A stretch of DNA of 64,000 nt from the human T2T-CHM13v2.0 reference genome, Homo sapiens: the NCBI RefSeq assembly GCF_009914755.1, contig NC_060928.1; one strand, 5' to 3'. A model generated the notes under the pieces. That model ran no database searches. It was not told where the DNA came from and saw nothing but the letters and a program-made list of their open reading frames with translations. Shown here piece after piece: positions 1-13,184 of this stretch (the first letter of the stretch is position 1; every line of letters starts with the position of its first letter). Made by a program: the position numbers and the translations under genes.

Positions 1-1507
1 CCATTTCCTATAAAAAGAGAGCAAAATGGGCCCACTCCAAAATTTACTCTTTTGTCTATTTCAAAAACACTTTATGAACTGAAATATCCAGCTGTTTCTA
101 TAATGTCATATTGAAAGTAGTATTTGCCCAAATGAAAAACCTATGGAGAATAGTCAAAGATTTTACTCTACTACTAGTAAATACTTTAGGCAAATGAGGA
201 AATTACTAGCATGGATTGCCATTCATTTTGAGTAAATCTAAAGTTATGAACTGATGGGGAAAATGAGAGCATTAGATACTTACCTAGTGCTATAATCACT
301 AAATACATTATTTTGACATGAAATTTTATTTTGATCTATTTTAATTTGTGCCAATAAATGTCTCACCATTCTTTAGTATAAAGGCATTATTTCTCAAGTG
401 CTAAATAATAATAGAGCTATAACAAAAACACTGAGAAAAGTTATTTTGATGGCATTTTTGTCTGTCTTAAAGCCAGCCTCCCTCCACCATTTTTTTTCTT
501 TGTAGTAAGCTATTTTGTATAAAATAAGATTATTTTCAACCTCTTCAAATGGGATCTTCAGCTTTCTCTCAGACAAGGGGGTTGAAGGTCGTGACAGAAG
601 ACAGTGGAGAAATATGGATGTGAGCAGAAAGCCCCAGAGGGAAATCAAAGGGGACAAAGAGCAGGAAATTAGAGGAGGCAGAAGGCGCTAAAGCAGGCAG
701 GGAAGGGCGCAGGATTCAAGCTGATCGCACCAAAGTGGCCCAAGAGAAAAACTGTGAGACAGGGTGGGCCAAAGAGCATGGCGGGAAGGTGAAGGGTGTC
801 ACACTGACACTCAGACTTAGAGCTGGAAGACAGATTACAAGTGGAAGCAAAGAGAACTTTTTTTTTTTTATTATTGCTTAGTACCCATTTGCCCATCACT
901 CTTCCCAAATGGCTATTGCCCCTTTCTGCTTTACAGGAAAAATAAAGGCCATCAGGGGTCAGGAATTTCACAACATCATTCCCAACTTTCCCCCAAACCT
1001 TAAATACATCTGCGTGCCCATCAGTCCCTCCTCCTCATTGGAGATCTCTGCTGTGCTATGCACCCCGTCAGGCCCTGTCAGCCCGGAGGCTTTATTCCAG
1101 AGATCACACTATCTCTATTCCACCTTCAACCTCCCCCTCCTTGACACATTTCTTCATGCAGAAACATTGCTCAAATCTCACAAAACAACCATGGGGAAAA
1201 GAACAAAACACAGCGCAATATCCAGTGACTTGTGTATTTTTCCCCTTTCACTAGGGATCGGTTTTTTCTCCCCTTCATCGCTTAAAATGGACACTCTTGG
1301 TCGCCTCCCCAGCATGTTGTGATCCCTCCTTTTTACTGATGGAACTGTAATTTTGTTCAGCTCTCCACTGGACCCAACCTCAGAGGTGGATTCTCTCTAA
1401 CAGCACTTGAATTTTCTCTAGTTATTGTTATTGGACCAGGGTAGATATGTCTTTAAAGTTTGCTTTTAAAAAATGGAAGAACCCAGTGTATAGTCCATGC
1501 TGGTGTA

Positions 1508-1539
1508 TCAGCTTCTCTCCATCTCAGCTTCTCTCCATC
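1508..1539. repeat. Perfect 16-bp tandem duplication (TCAGCTTCTCTCCATC x2)
   Basis: Identical adjacent copies at 1508-1523 and 1524-1539. Confidence 0.9.
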
Positions 1540-1829
1540 TCTTTCTGAAATATAAGTAAATAAAACCTTGTTCCTATAATCTGCCTTCAAGCCATTAGAG
1601 AATCAGTTTTAGGATGAGGCTTGGTGAAGAGGGCAAAGCTCAAAGAGAAATGCCCTGGTTACACTGAAATGCTGAATTAAGTAATGCCAGAGCCTACATT
1701 GCCTCTAAATTCCTGTTAGGTAACATCATAACTCTCCTCATCCAAAAGCTATTTTGAGCTGGATTTCTGTTGGTTTCATCACAAACCATCCCAATTTAAA
1801 TGTAGCTCTAGTGGACCACAATATTCACT

Positions 1830-3260
1830 TTTATTCAATCTCCTGCCCATTCCAAACTTCACCTCTTCACCAAAACTCCAGAAAAAACCCCAGTTCTGGC
1901 TAAGATCACCAGGGAATTTTTGCTAACTCCCAGGTGGGGTATTTTCTCCTTCTATTAATTTCTCAACACTCCTTACTTCTTGAAATACTGCTTTCCTTTG
2001 GAATTTAGAAAATACACTTCCTAGTTCTTAACCTTAAAACTATTATTTTTGGGAAGCAATTCTGTAGTATGAAACTCCTATCAGAGCTCAGATCTGCAAA
2101 TCCATTTTTCTGTCAGCTATGTCTTCTTGGTGGGTTCTCAATATCTTAATACGGACATATCCAAAATCGAGTTTGTCATGTTTCTCCTTAACTTGGGTCT
2201 CAGATTTTATCCTTTTGCTTTATGCTGTCTCCTCATTGGTAATTCTACCAAACACTCTGTTACTAGTGACAGAAATTTGTCATCCTCAATTCCTCTCTCC
2301 TTCCTTTCCCAGTGTCCGCTAGGAACCTAGGGTGCTTAAATGATTCTCAGCCATGCACTCTTCATTCCTATTACTTCTGCCCAAGGTCAAACTCCATGCA
2401 TCTCCCTCCTAGATGGTTACAATAACCTTTTTTTTTTTTTTTTTTTTTTTTTTTGAGGCAGGGTCCCACTCTGTCACCCAGACTGAGTGTAGTGGCATTA
2501 TTACAGGTTACTGCAGTCCTGACCTCTTGGGCTCAAGCAATTTTGCCTCCTCAGTCTCCTGAGTAGCTAAGACTACAAGGCATGTGCCACCACACCCAAC
2601 TAAATATTGTTGCTGTTTTTAATTTTATTTATTTTTTTTGTAGAGATGTGGTCATGCTTGTTGCCCAGGGTGGTCTTGAACTCCCAGCCTCAAGTGATCC
2701 TCCTGTCTTGGCCTCCCAATGTGCTGGGATTACAGATGTGAATCACCACACCCGGCCTCATAATAATCTCTTAATTAGTTCCCAGGCTCTGTTTCTATCC
2801 TTTTTAAAATATCTTTCATCATGTTACCAGGCAGAATAAGTGTTACAAAATCAAAATGTGGTTATGTTACTCTTTGTTTCTAAAAATACCACTTATTTGC
2901 CATTTCCTATAGTACTGATGGCATGCAAGTCCTCACCATGGACCAGGCCTCATCTTTGTTCCTTGCTGGCTTTGTCATCTCCATACCAGGCATATGAAAT
3001 TATCCAACTTGCTGTTTTCCTCTGATATATTTTCTGTGGTTGAAATACTCTCTTCCTTAGGCCAATTAATAAACTCTCCTATGTAATTTTTCTCCTCTGA
3101 AGTCTTCTGCTAAGCACATTTGATGTCTCCCTTCTTTTGATCATCTCCGCTAATTATAAATATCCATGTTATAGCATTTAACTCACTATATCACATGATT
3201 TGACTCATATGTCTTCTTTCACAGTTGACTCTTAAGTTCCTTCAAGGGAGCCACAGTCGT
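1830..3260 (+). mobile_element. Degraded L2 LINE fragment(s), interrupted by the Alu at 2428-2757
   Basis: Pyrimidine-rich L2-like phrases on both sides of the Alu (e.g. 'acatatccaaaatcgagtttg', 'tcaaactcc..catctctccctcctagatggttacaataacc', 'ctgtttcta'). Boundaries approximate. Confidence 0.5.
2428..2757 (-). mobile_element. Full-length old Alu (AluJ-like)
   Basis: Poly-T 2428-2454, dimeric antisense Alu body with J-type 'ctcttgggctcaagcaat', ending in 'cccggcc'. Confidence 0.93.
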
Positions 3261-4049
3261 CTTCATCCCAGAACTTCCCCATTAAAAAAAAATAAGTGAA
3301 CAGAAAATCATTCCATTTCTTCAGAACTGTTCTATTAAGTTTGGTAATTCAAGAGTGTTGATCTAGAATGTCTTCCAAAGGGGGCAGAAAGTACTTTTAT
3401 CTTACAGAACAATTCTAATCAATATCCAGTAGCTGCCTGAAATTCTGAAGGAATTCTGAAGCTATACCCAAGCTCAGCTTGGGAGCCTTCTGGTCAATTA
3501 GCATGACCACGGGAATTCTCTTTCTTGTGCTCAAAAGGCTTTGTTCCTTAATATAGTTAATATTTCAGATAGCCTACTAAGCATCTAACATTGTCATAGT
3601 GACAGAATTATTTTAAATATTAGAATCAGGAGAGATACACAATCTCTTTGAATGTAGACTTAAAATGATTTTAGAGAACACCGTTTGTATCACATGTAAG
3701 AAATCTCAGACCCAAGATGGAGAAAATATTTTTATGTAATAATATAGTCAGACTAGAACCCAGGTTTCCTGACGTTCAATATTGTGTTACCAGGGCTCAT
3801 TAAGAAAGCCTAAAGACAATATTGTACTTGAATTCTGGAAACTTGGAGCAGGCATTATATTCTGCGTTGGAAAACCACAGAGGCAGATCTGAATGCAAGT
3901 AAATAGATAATCCTATTCTTTTTTCAAGCAGAGCCCTAGTTTTCCATCTTCTAGTTTAACCTGTATGAATTATGTGAGTCACCCGTGGCTACATGACTAG
4001 TATCTATGGTGGCAGGAGATGCATTTCATCAGATGAAACTGATAGTAAT

Positions 4050-4262
4050 GAGAACAGGCTCTCAGCTTAGTTTCAACAATGCAAAGTTGTTTAACTTTTG
4101 GGATAGTTGCTGAAATCTCTTTGCTTCAATTTTCCACCGGTGTCCATAAAGACAAGTAACTTTTAAATGTGAAAAACCACAGTGACCTCATAGGCTGCTT
4201 ATTCATATTCCATTAACACATGTGAAATGCTTAAGGAGATGATGCTTATAAATGTTAATTAT
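4050..4262 (+). mobile_element. MIR SINE remnant
   Basis: Degenerate MIR core ('gcttcaattttcca', 'gacctcataggctg', 'catgtgaaatgctta', 'ataaatgtt'). Confidence 0.45.
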
Positions 4263-4273
4263 TAATTTGATTT

Positions 4274-4716
4274 TGAGAGAAATCTTCATGGATTTATTGT
4301 GTCACTGCATGTCTTATGAGCAGAGATATCAACTGTCTTTTTTCTGGATTATTCTTTCAAGGTTTTTATATAGTGAATGGTTTTGAAAACAGAGGTAATT
4401 CCTCCATTTGGAGCAGAATGCAGGTTGTTTATTTCCTATATAGAAGATTCAGGTTTTCTAGGTTGAGGATTCCTCTCCAGTAACACAATCCATTGCATGA
4501 GAAGGTGTCACATGGCCCCGTTTGCTCCCACCCTGGGTTCAGGGAACCAATTCAAATGCTGAAACACTAGCTGCTGCTGTTCATATGAATAATCAACTGT
4601 TCTTTACTTCTGACCTAGAAGCCTCCTGTCTTTTGCCAGCACTCATTAAACTGTGGCAGTCTAACCTGTTAGCTTGCAAGTATAGTAAAGTCTCAAACTC
4701 TCCCCAGTTCTTGACA
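4274..4716 (+). mobile_element. Solo ERV-type LTR (family uncertain, possibly LTR47-like)
   Basis: About 440 bp with TG...CA termini. The 3' end 'aaactgtggcagtctaacctgttagcttgcaag..cagttcttgaca' resembles a remembered LTR U5 terminus. Confidence 0.55.
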
Positions 4717-6104
4717 TCTGAATTCTGTTTATGTTTCTAATAGTAATTCTAACAGTCTATTTCAATGAGTTCTGTTTCTTCATTCGAATGAATACTTTGT
4801 CCCAGCAAAGTGATCACTGACTTGAATTTTCAGATTATCAAATCTAACAGCAGAGATCCAGAATCAGGCATAGCTCTCACATACTTACTCCTGTAATCAA
4901 ATTATTTGTTCCTGATTAATGAGGAAATGTTTAGAAGCTGATTCAGCTATTTCAAATTTTCATTTCTATGGTAAGTGTGAAGTACTGAGGCGAATATCTT
5001 AGTAAATGTTTCTTTTATGTCAAATACTCAACTTCAAACATTCTATTGGTCTAAAAACTGTTCAACCTCATCTCTTCAGTGAACAGATGCAAGGTGAGCA
5101 TGCTATTCCCTGACATTCTGTCCAATCATCAGAGTCACTCATTAGGGACTTGCCCTGTGCTGTACATATTCTCTTTATTCTTAAATAGATCATAGGCTAC
5201 AGAATGGTAAGGAAAATTTTTGAACAAATATACATTATGTCTATAATGCCAACACATTCCAGGTACTCAATAAATGTTTGATTCTATGAAAATATGTATC
5301 TTAAAATTATTTATTATTATATGCCTTCCTTTTTAAAATCAACCTAAAAACTTTAGGAGAATTGGAAAAAATAAAAAATTTTGGTTATTCTTAAGGTTGT
5401 AATCCCAAAAATCATTTAAGAACATAAATGAAGACAGAATAAAAATAACATATTTAGCTTCTTGACTTAATTACCTTTGAATGCTTACTCATCCCGACGG
5501 AGAACCACAATCAATGTCACTATTCTGTAAAATACATGGGAAAAGTATCTTGATTCTAAACTCAGTGGTACTCTTAGGTTTACTATGGATGAAAGACTAC
5601 CCACAAGAGTGATGCTGAGACCCTGGGGCAGTAAGAACTCTGGAGACATCTTGGAGGGAGCTCCATGAAGCTGGAGTTTTGTTAACTTAAAAAGTAGACC
5701 GTGACACTTCGCCCTGGGTTACTTCCCTAAGGCTGCTCCTTGGGCTGTTGTGAAATAATAGCACCTTCAAATCTCAATACAAGACCTGAAAAGCTCTCAT
5801 CCATGTTACTTACAAGCATTTCTCGAGGGAAGATAAATATAACGCTAGGCCTTGCCTCATAATGAGTGTGTCATGGGAAGAGAAACAGATAACATCCCCT
5901 CCTCCGGTGCCTACTGAGTGATAGTTTTAGAGTCTAAGACTAGAGAACAAATCTGGATAACTGAGAAGTTTCTACATGGGAGTCCTCAAGGGTTGCAAGC
6001 AAACATTTCTTAAGTACATTAAACATCTTAGCAACTCTTTCCTCACCATTATGTTCCAGACAGTATATGTTCTTAAAGGTTAATATACAGAAAATGATAG
6101 GGAT

Positions 6105-6141
6105 TCTGAAGACTTCATAAGAGACTCTGAAGACTTCATAA
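6105..6141. repeat. 16-bp direct repeat TCTGAAGACTTCATAA with a 5-bp spacer
   Basis: Identical copies at 6105-6120 and 6126-6141. Confidence 0.9.
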
Positions 6142-8323
6142 TCCCACTTTACCTGGTTTATACAAAATTGATTCTTAGCAAGTAAATGTCCTCTGCTATA
6201 AAGAACCTTTACAGACCTTACTCCGGAATAATATATAACTAGGCCATCTCTTCTAAAAAAAGTGTTATAGTCAGTGTCACAATTGGTTGTCAAACATCTC
6301 AGCCTATAACACCTGCTTCCTGAAGGAGAAATGTGGCAAAAGTCATTATAGGAAATTAAGACTAAAATGGATAGTATCTTTCATTATTGACATGAGAGAA
6401 GAACATCGTGTAAAATGTCCTGAAAACAGTTCATTACTAAAGCAATCTGATGCATTAAGATGATCAAAATATGTATTTGAAAATTTATTTTCTAAGATTT
6501 TTTCTCCATACTAATTCACAGAAATATTGCTAGAAAAAAACTCCTTGAAATTCAAAAACTGATGTCTCTTATCCACCAAAACAACCAGAGTTTAGTTGCC
6601 TCATGAGTAGTTGACAGCAGGTGGTCATAATTAACACCAAAAGACTTACCAAAGTAGAAGAATTGCCAAGTTAACAACCACAAGCAGGTGAACTGGACTC
6701 AGTGAGCAGTGAAAAATGTCTAAGGCAAAAATGGTCCATTTCCCCATCATTGATTTTCACTGTCCGATGAACCATGTTTCTTCATTTATTTTCTGTTGCA
6801 TTTTCCTGCTTGTGGGTAGATTCCCTCATCCAGAGGATTCCATGTTGACCTCAATTACTCTAAAATTCTGGAGAACTACTGAGTGATGTTCTTAATTCTG
6901 TAAGTTATATATAAAATATTCATATGGATTCTAGCTTGCCCTGGAGAAAACGTCTCCTTAGAGCAAGCTGTAGAAATCATGTTCACAATATGAGGACTAT
7001 TTATTTAAAAGGGAAATATGTTCTGAAGCTGGCATAGTTTAGCATCACATAATACTGACTGGATTTTTTTCTCATGAATTTTACTATGTTGGTACTGCAG
7101 TTCTCATCAATAGGGCATGTAGAACCTCATGTAACCCTAAACACTGATAATCCCTTGATCACCAAACAGAAGAGTGAATGTGTCTCCAGTAGCTAGGGAA
7201 GAAAGGAGGAAAAAAAAATTGGAGTATTTCATTTTGGTACATGGAATGAAAGTATAAAGGGAAAACAGAAGAGACAGAAGAGGAGGTGGTTGCTATTTTT
7301 AAGTAATATTTACTACTGATCTGAAATCTGAAGACTTCTACAGTGACATCACAATAACTCTGCTGATAGAATGTAAGTTCTGTAGGATGGTAATTTTTCT
7401 CTATACTTCATGGTAGTCACCAATACTAAGCACAGTAGCCAAAACTAATTGATACTAATTGAACGTATGAATAAAATCATTAATTTATTCACAAATGATT
7501 GGATTAACATTGAAATGTAAAGCTCATTTAAAATGTTATTTATAAGTAATGATAAAAATGAAAGAAAAGGAAAAGTCATCTGAACTGTTAATATTGCAAT
7601 GTGTATTATGCCAACTAACAAGCACTTATTTAGTGCTAATTGTGTTGCCAAAGTCAGTTGGAACCACGAGGAACACACAGAAATTCACTCTTGGAAATAT
7701 ACATACACACACATACATACGTGCAAATGTCAGCCTTTGCTTTCATAGCTTTATATTTCATCAGGTGTTTTTACTTAAATTACTTCATTGAGAGAGAATC
7801 TTCTTTACGTGCTTACATTTTTTGACTGCACCAAGCAGATAAAGTTTTACTTAGAATCCTGTTTGCTGAATATATCAGAAAGCCACTAAAATTTAGATCT
7901 GATAATGCTTAAGCCATTTTCTCTTCATAAGTTTCCACCTTAAGCTATTATTGACAGGAATTGCTCTACTCACAAAGGAGACATTACCAAAGGCTTTGCT
8001 AGAAGACATTTATACCCTTTGCTTTCGTATTTTAAATGATTCTACATATCCAATTTCTATTTATGTTGATATGCCAAAAAAGGCAATGTGAATGGAATCT
8101 CTTAAAAAATATATAGATTGAAAGATTGACTTGACGTTGATTTAAGTGATGACAAAAATGTGGAATTTATCTTAACATTTATCTGAATGTTAAAATGGCA
8201 GCAAAAGTAATTATAATACGCCCTAATGAAGTCAGTGTTCACATAGAGTGAAAAATCCCTCTGAATTCTCTGTTAATAAAGTTTACATGTGAGATTACTT
8301 ACACCCAGTACATACTGGGTTAG

Positions 8324-8493
8324 TAATGGTCCTCAACCAGTACACATTTGGCAAGGTCTAAGGGGTGCTATTGGCACGTACTGATTAGAGGCCAGGGAGG
8401 TTGCTAAAATGCATTATCAATGCCCAGGACAGTTTCTACGACAAAGCATGATCCATCCCAAGATGTGAATTGTGCTGAAGATGAGAAACCTTG
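8324..8493 (+). mobile_element. MER20 (hAT-Charlie non-autonomous DNA transposon), internally deleted
   Basis: TIR-like ends 'taatggtcctcaacc' and 'atgagaaaccttg'; internal 'catttggcaa', 'tagaggccaggga..gctaaa', 'caggacag' match MER20. Confidence 0.8.
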
Positions 8494-8501
8494 GTCTAGA
8501 A

Positions 8502-9363
<862 letters not shown>

Positions 9364-9399
9364 TGACATATGCTTTTCCACCTCCATACTTTCTTCAGT

Positions 9400-10450
9400 T
9401 CTTTAGCCTTTGACGCCTAGGTGGGGTCAATGCGCACAGCCAGTCTCAAGGTAGTGGTCTTGATTTCATGAGTGACAGTTTTTCAAGAATACTTCATGGG
9501 TGCTGTGTTTCCTCTTTGTGTTTTTTCTTTTTATGTTTGAGAAAACCTAATTACTGTTGCCCCTGATTTTAGTTGGCTATAGTATTTGTGCATTATGCTT
9601 TCCAACCTTACATATGGCTTCACGATCTTCAGTTACTGAAAGGCTATGGTGAACTCGAACGAAAATCTGATTCTTCTCTTCCAGCCCCTATGGGCATCCC
9701 ATCATTTGTGGGTGGTGTTTTTTTTTTTTTCTTTTTTTCTGAAGAATGCCTAAAATTTCTTTATTAATTCTTAAAGTTGAATGATTATTTGGTAGATTTC
9801 TTGATGTTGATGTTTCTATATAAAACTTCCCTGGTGTAATGTGTAATTCTGATCTGCAGACTCACTTGTTTCTTGACTTTATGAAAATGTTAATTTATTA
9901 TATTTTTGATTACAGTTTTCTTTCTTTTAGTGTCTCCACTTCAGAGATACCAGTAGTCTTTATGTTAGAGACTCTTTGTTTTCTGTGTATAGCATAAATT
10001 GCTAGTTGATGTAATATCTTTAGCTTTTTTCTCTTTATTTATGAATTGTTAAACAATTATTTTTCCCATTATTTGAGTTTTCATGCATGTCTATCATAGG
10101 TTTGTGTTTCTAATTCAATAATTCTCAATCCTGCCTGAACATTAGGATTGCCTGTAGAAGTTTTAAAAGTCTCAAGGACAGGTTACATCCCAGAGCTGTT
10201 ACATTAATAAATTCTGAGGCATCCAAGACATTGGCATTTTTAAAATTTCTGAGGTAGTTCCAATGAAGTCCACCATTTTAATAAATTAAGATATATAAAG
10301 ATTTTTGTTTGCTTATTTTCTGGGCTTGCAATCTCCCTTTTGATCTTCTGTCATTTTGTCTTATCTGTTAACAATGTCTTATTAAATTTGTATTTTTAAA
10401 ACTTTTCCAGAGCTTGAAGCTCATCTGGATAATTTATGTTCTTTTTGAAA
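9400..10450 (-). mobile_element. Ancient degraded L1M-type LINE region, with a probable MER5-like insert at about 10117-10270
   Basis: T-rich antisense L1-like phrases ('aaaatctgatt', 'tctgatctgcagactca', 'ttatgttag'); 'caataattctcaatcctgcctgaacattagga' is MER5-like. Confidence 0.4.
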
Positions 10451-11483
10451 TTTCAAAATAAATAATTCATCTCAATTGTGGGTGTTTTATCACCCTCTTC
10501 TCTTCTCCCTCTCTCCCTTGTCTTTCCTCCTCCTTTCAGTTCTTTCAACCCTGCCACTTGATCTTCTTTCGTTTGTACTGTGCTGGGCTAGATCTGTCAG
10601 GGTATTTCCTGCTTACACATTAGAACAGCAGCTGTATCCAGGCTTTCTGGTTAACGTGATACAGACTAAGCATATTTTTCACTGAGACTTGTTTTTGGAG
10701 AACAGTTTGTTTCCCAGCTCTAGTTCCTATTTGAGGTCTGGATATTATTTTCCAACCATTTTTTCTGGTCTGCAGGCATGTAAATTTGGTGGAGAAGATC
10801 CACACCGGGGCTGAGTCCAGGCCTGGCTAGTAGATACTTGGACTCTGCTCTCTCTTCCAGATATTATCAATGAGTTCTCGCAGGGCAGCTTTGCTTGCTC
10901 AATAGTATGTCCCACTGTGACTGGTTTTGACTTATCCTCCTTTCCCTCTATACACACACCCTAAGATAACATAATATCTGAGAAACCTATGTTAGTTTTT
11001 TCCATTTGTGCTGAGGTCCTTGGGAGATACCTCAGGGCTTCCTCTCTCAAAATTTTTCTTTGAATTTTCTAAGACTGCATACTTATTCTTAGTCCACATC
11101 TCTTCAAATTGGAAATACAAGTTTTGATGAAAATTCTCAGAATGTTATGAACTCATCCGTGTTCCTCTATACTATGTTCTGGCGTGGGGTTGAGGACCAT
11201 GATGGGAACGAGTTAGGGGTTTTAGCATAACACACAGAATTAGAATCTTTTGTTCACTTGTCTTCCCTTGTTTTCTTGCTTCACTTCACTGTCTTTGCCT
11301 AGAAATATGTAGTTTAAATTTTGAGACAGCCTTTCCAGCATAAGTTTGTAAATCCTTCAAAATAGAAATGTTTTTGCAAATGCTTGGTTTGAAACAAATG
11401 CTAATTAGTAGATTGTCAAGACAAGGGTTTTGAACGTTTGAGCAATATCATTTTGTTGCATGACACAATAAGTGTGTTCTGAG

Positions 11484-11787
11484 GGCTGGGTGTGGTGGCT
11501 CATGCCTGTAATTACAGTTTGGGAGGCTGAGGTGGAAAAATCACCTGAGGCCAGAAGTTTAAGACCAGTATGGGTAACATAGCGAGACCCCCCTATCTAC
11601 AACAAATAAAAAGTTAGCTAGGTGTGGTGGCCCATGCCTGTAGTCTCAGCTACTCGGGAGGCTGAGACAGGAGGATCTCTTGAGTCCAGGAGTTCCAGGC
11701 TGCAATGAGCTATGAGTGCACTACTGCACTCCAGCCTGGGTAAAAGAATGAGACCCTGTCTCAAAAAGAACAAAAAAAGAAAGAAAA
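11484..11787 (+). mobile_element. Full-length AluJ
   Basis: J-type 'ggaggatctcttgagtccaggagttccaggctgca', A-rich tail, TSD aaYaagYgtgttct. Confidence 0.93.
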
Positions 11788-11907
11788 CAAGCGTGTTCTT
11801 AACACCTTTTCTATTCGTGGCTCTCATACATTCATGTTCCTTGAAAATTACTTGAGGTTCTTACTAGGAATTGTGATTCCTTCTGATTCATGCGGTCTGG
11901 AATGGAG

Positions 11908-11949
11908 ATTAGTCACCTGGATGTTGGCATTAGTCACCTGGAAGTTGAA
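11908..11949. repeat. 21-bp imperfect tandem duplication
   Basis: attagtcacctggatgttggc followed by attagtcacctggaagttgaa. Confidence 0.8.
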
Positions 11950-12054
11950 CACCACATTAGATGACTCGAATGCAGGTGAATCACACTTTGAGAGAAGAGG
12001 GTTATGTGCATAGCATTCTACTTGGGATTGTGAGGGACATAAAAGAAGTATATG

Positions 12055-12410
<356 letters not shown>

Positions 12411-12872
12411 TTATACACATGAAACAATACTAGAACAATAGCAAACACACTATATAAAAAGAGGTTAAATATATGGAAAATGCTGTAAATCCTAAACAAA
12501 AGTTGCATGGCTTTCAAAATCCGAAATTCAAATTGGAAAAAAAAAAAAGTTAAGTGACTTGTTTCATTTGTCTATTTCAAAATGTGTTCTGAGAATTGAT
12601 ACGACCTTAGAAATCTTTAAAGGCCTTGCAAAAATTGTTCCTGCAACACACAATTTTCTCGATGTACTTGCTGCTGCCACAATGCATACAGCATGCTAAG
12701 GAACGCTAACATCCTTTTATGTTGTCATTGGCACTTAATTGTTTTTCTTCTTTGCTCCTACCAATCCATGTGCTGGTTTTATACTCCACAATCAAGCAGA
12801 TAATCCTTCAGGACAAGTTTTAGGCCTTTATCCCACAGGAATACACAGCTCTTTGCATATAGTAGATGCTCA

Positions 12873-13184
<312 letters not shown>

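Noticed and set aside
394-1322. ORFs of 87-137 aa at the window start
   Set aside because: No recognisable domain or splice structure; lengths are compatible with chance.
8303-8320. 8-bp inverted repeat acccagta-ca-tactgggt
   Set aside because: Short enough to occur by chance in 64 kb.
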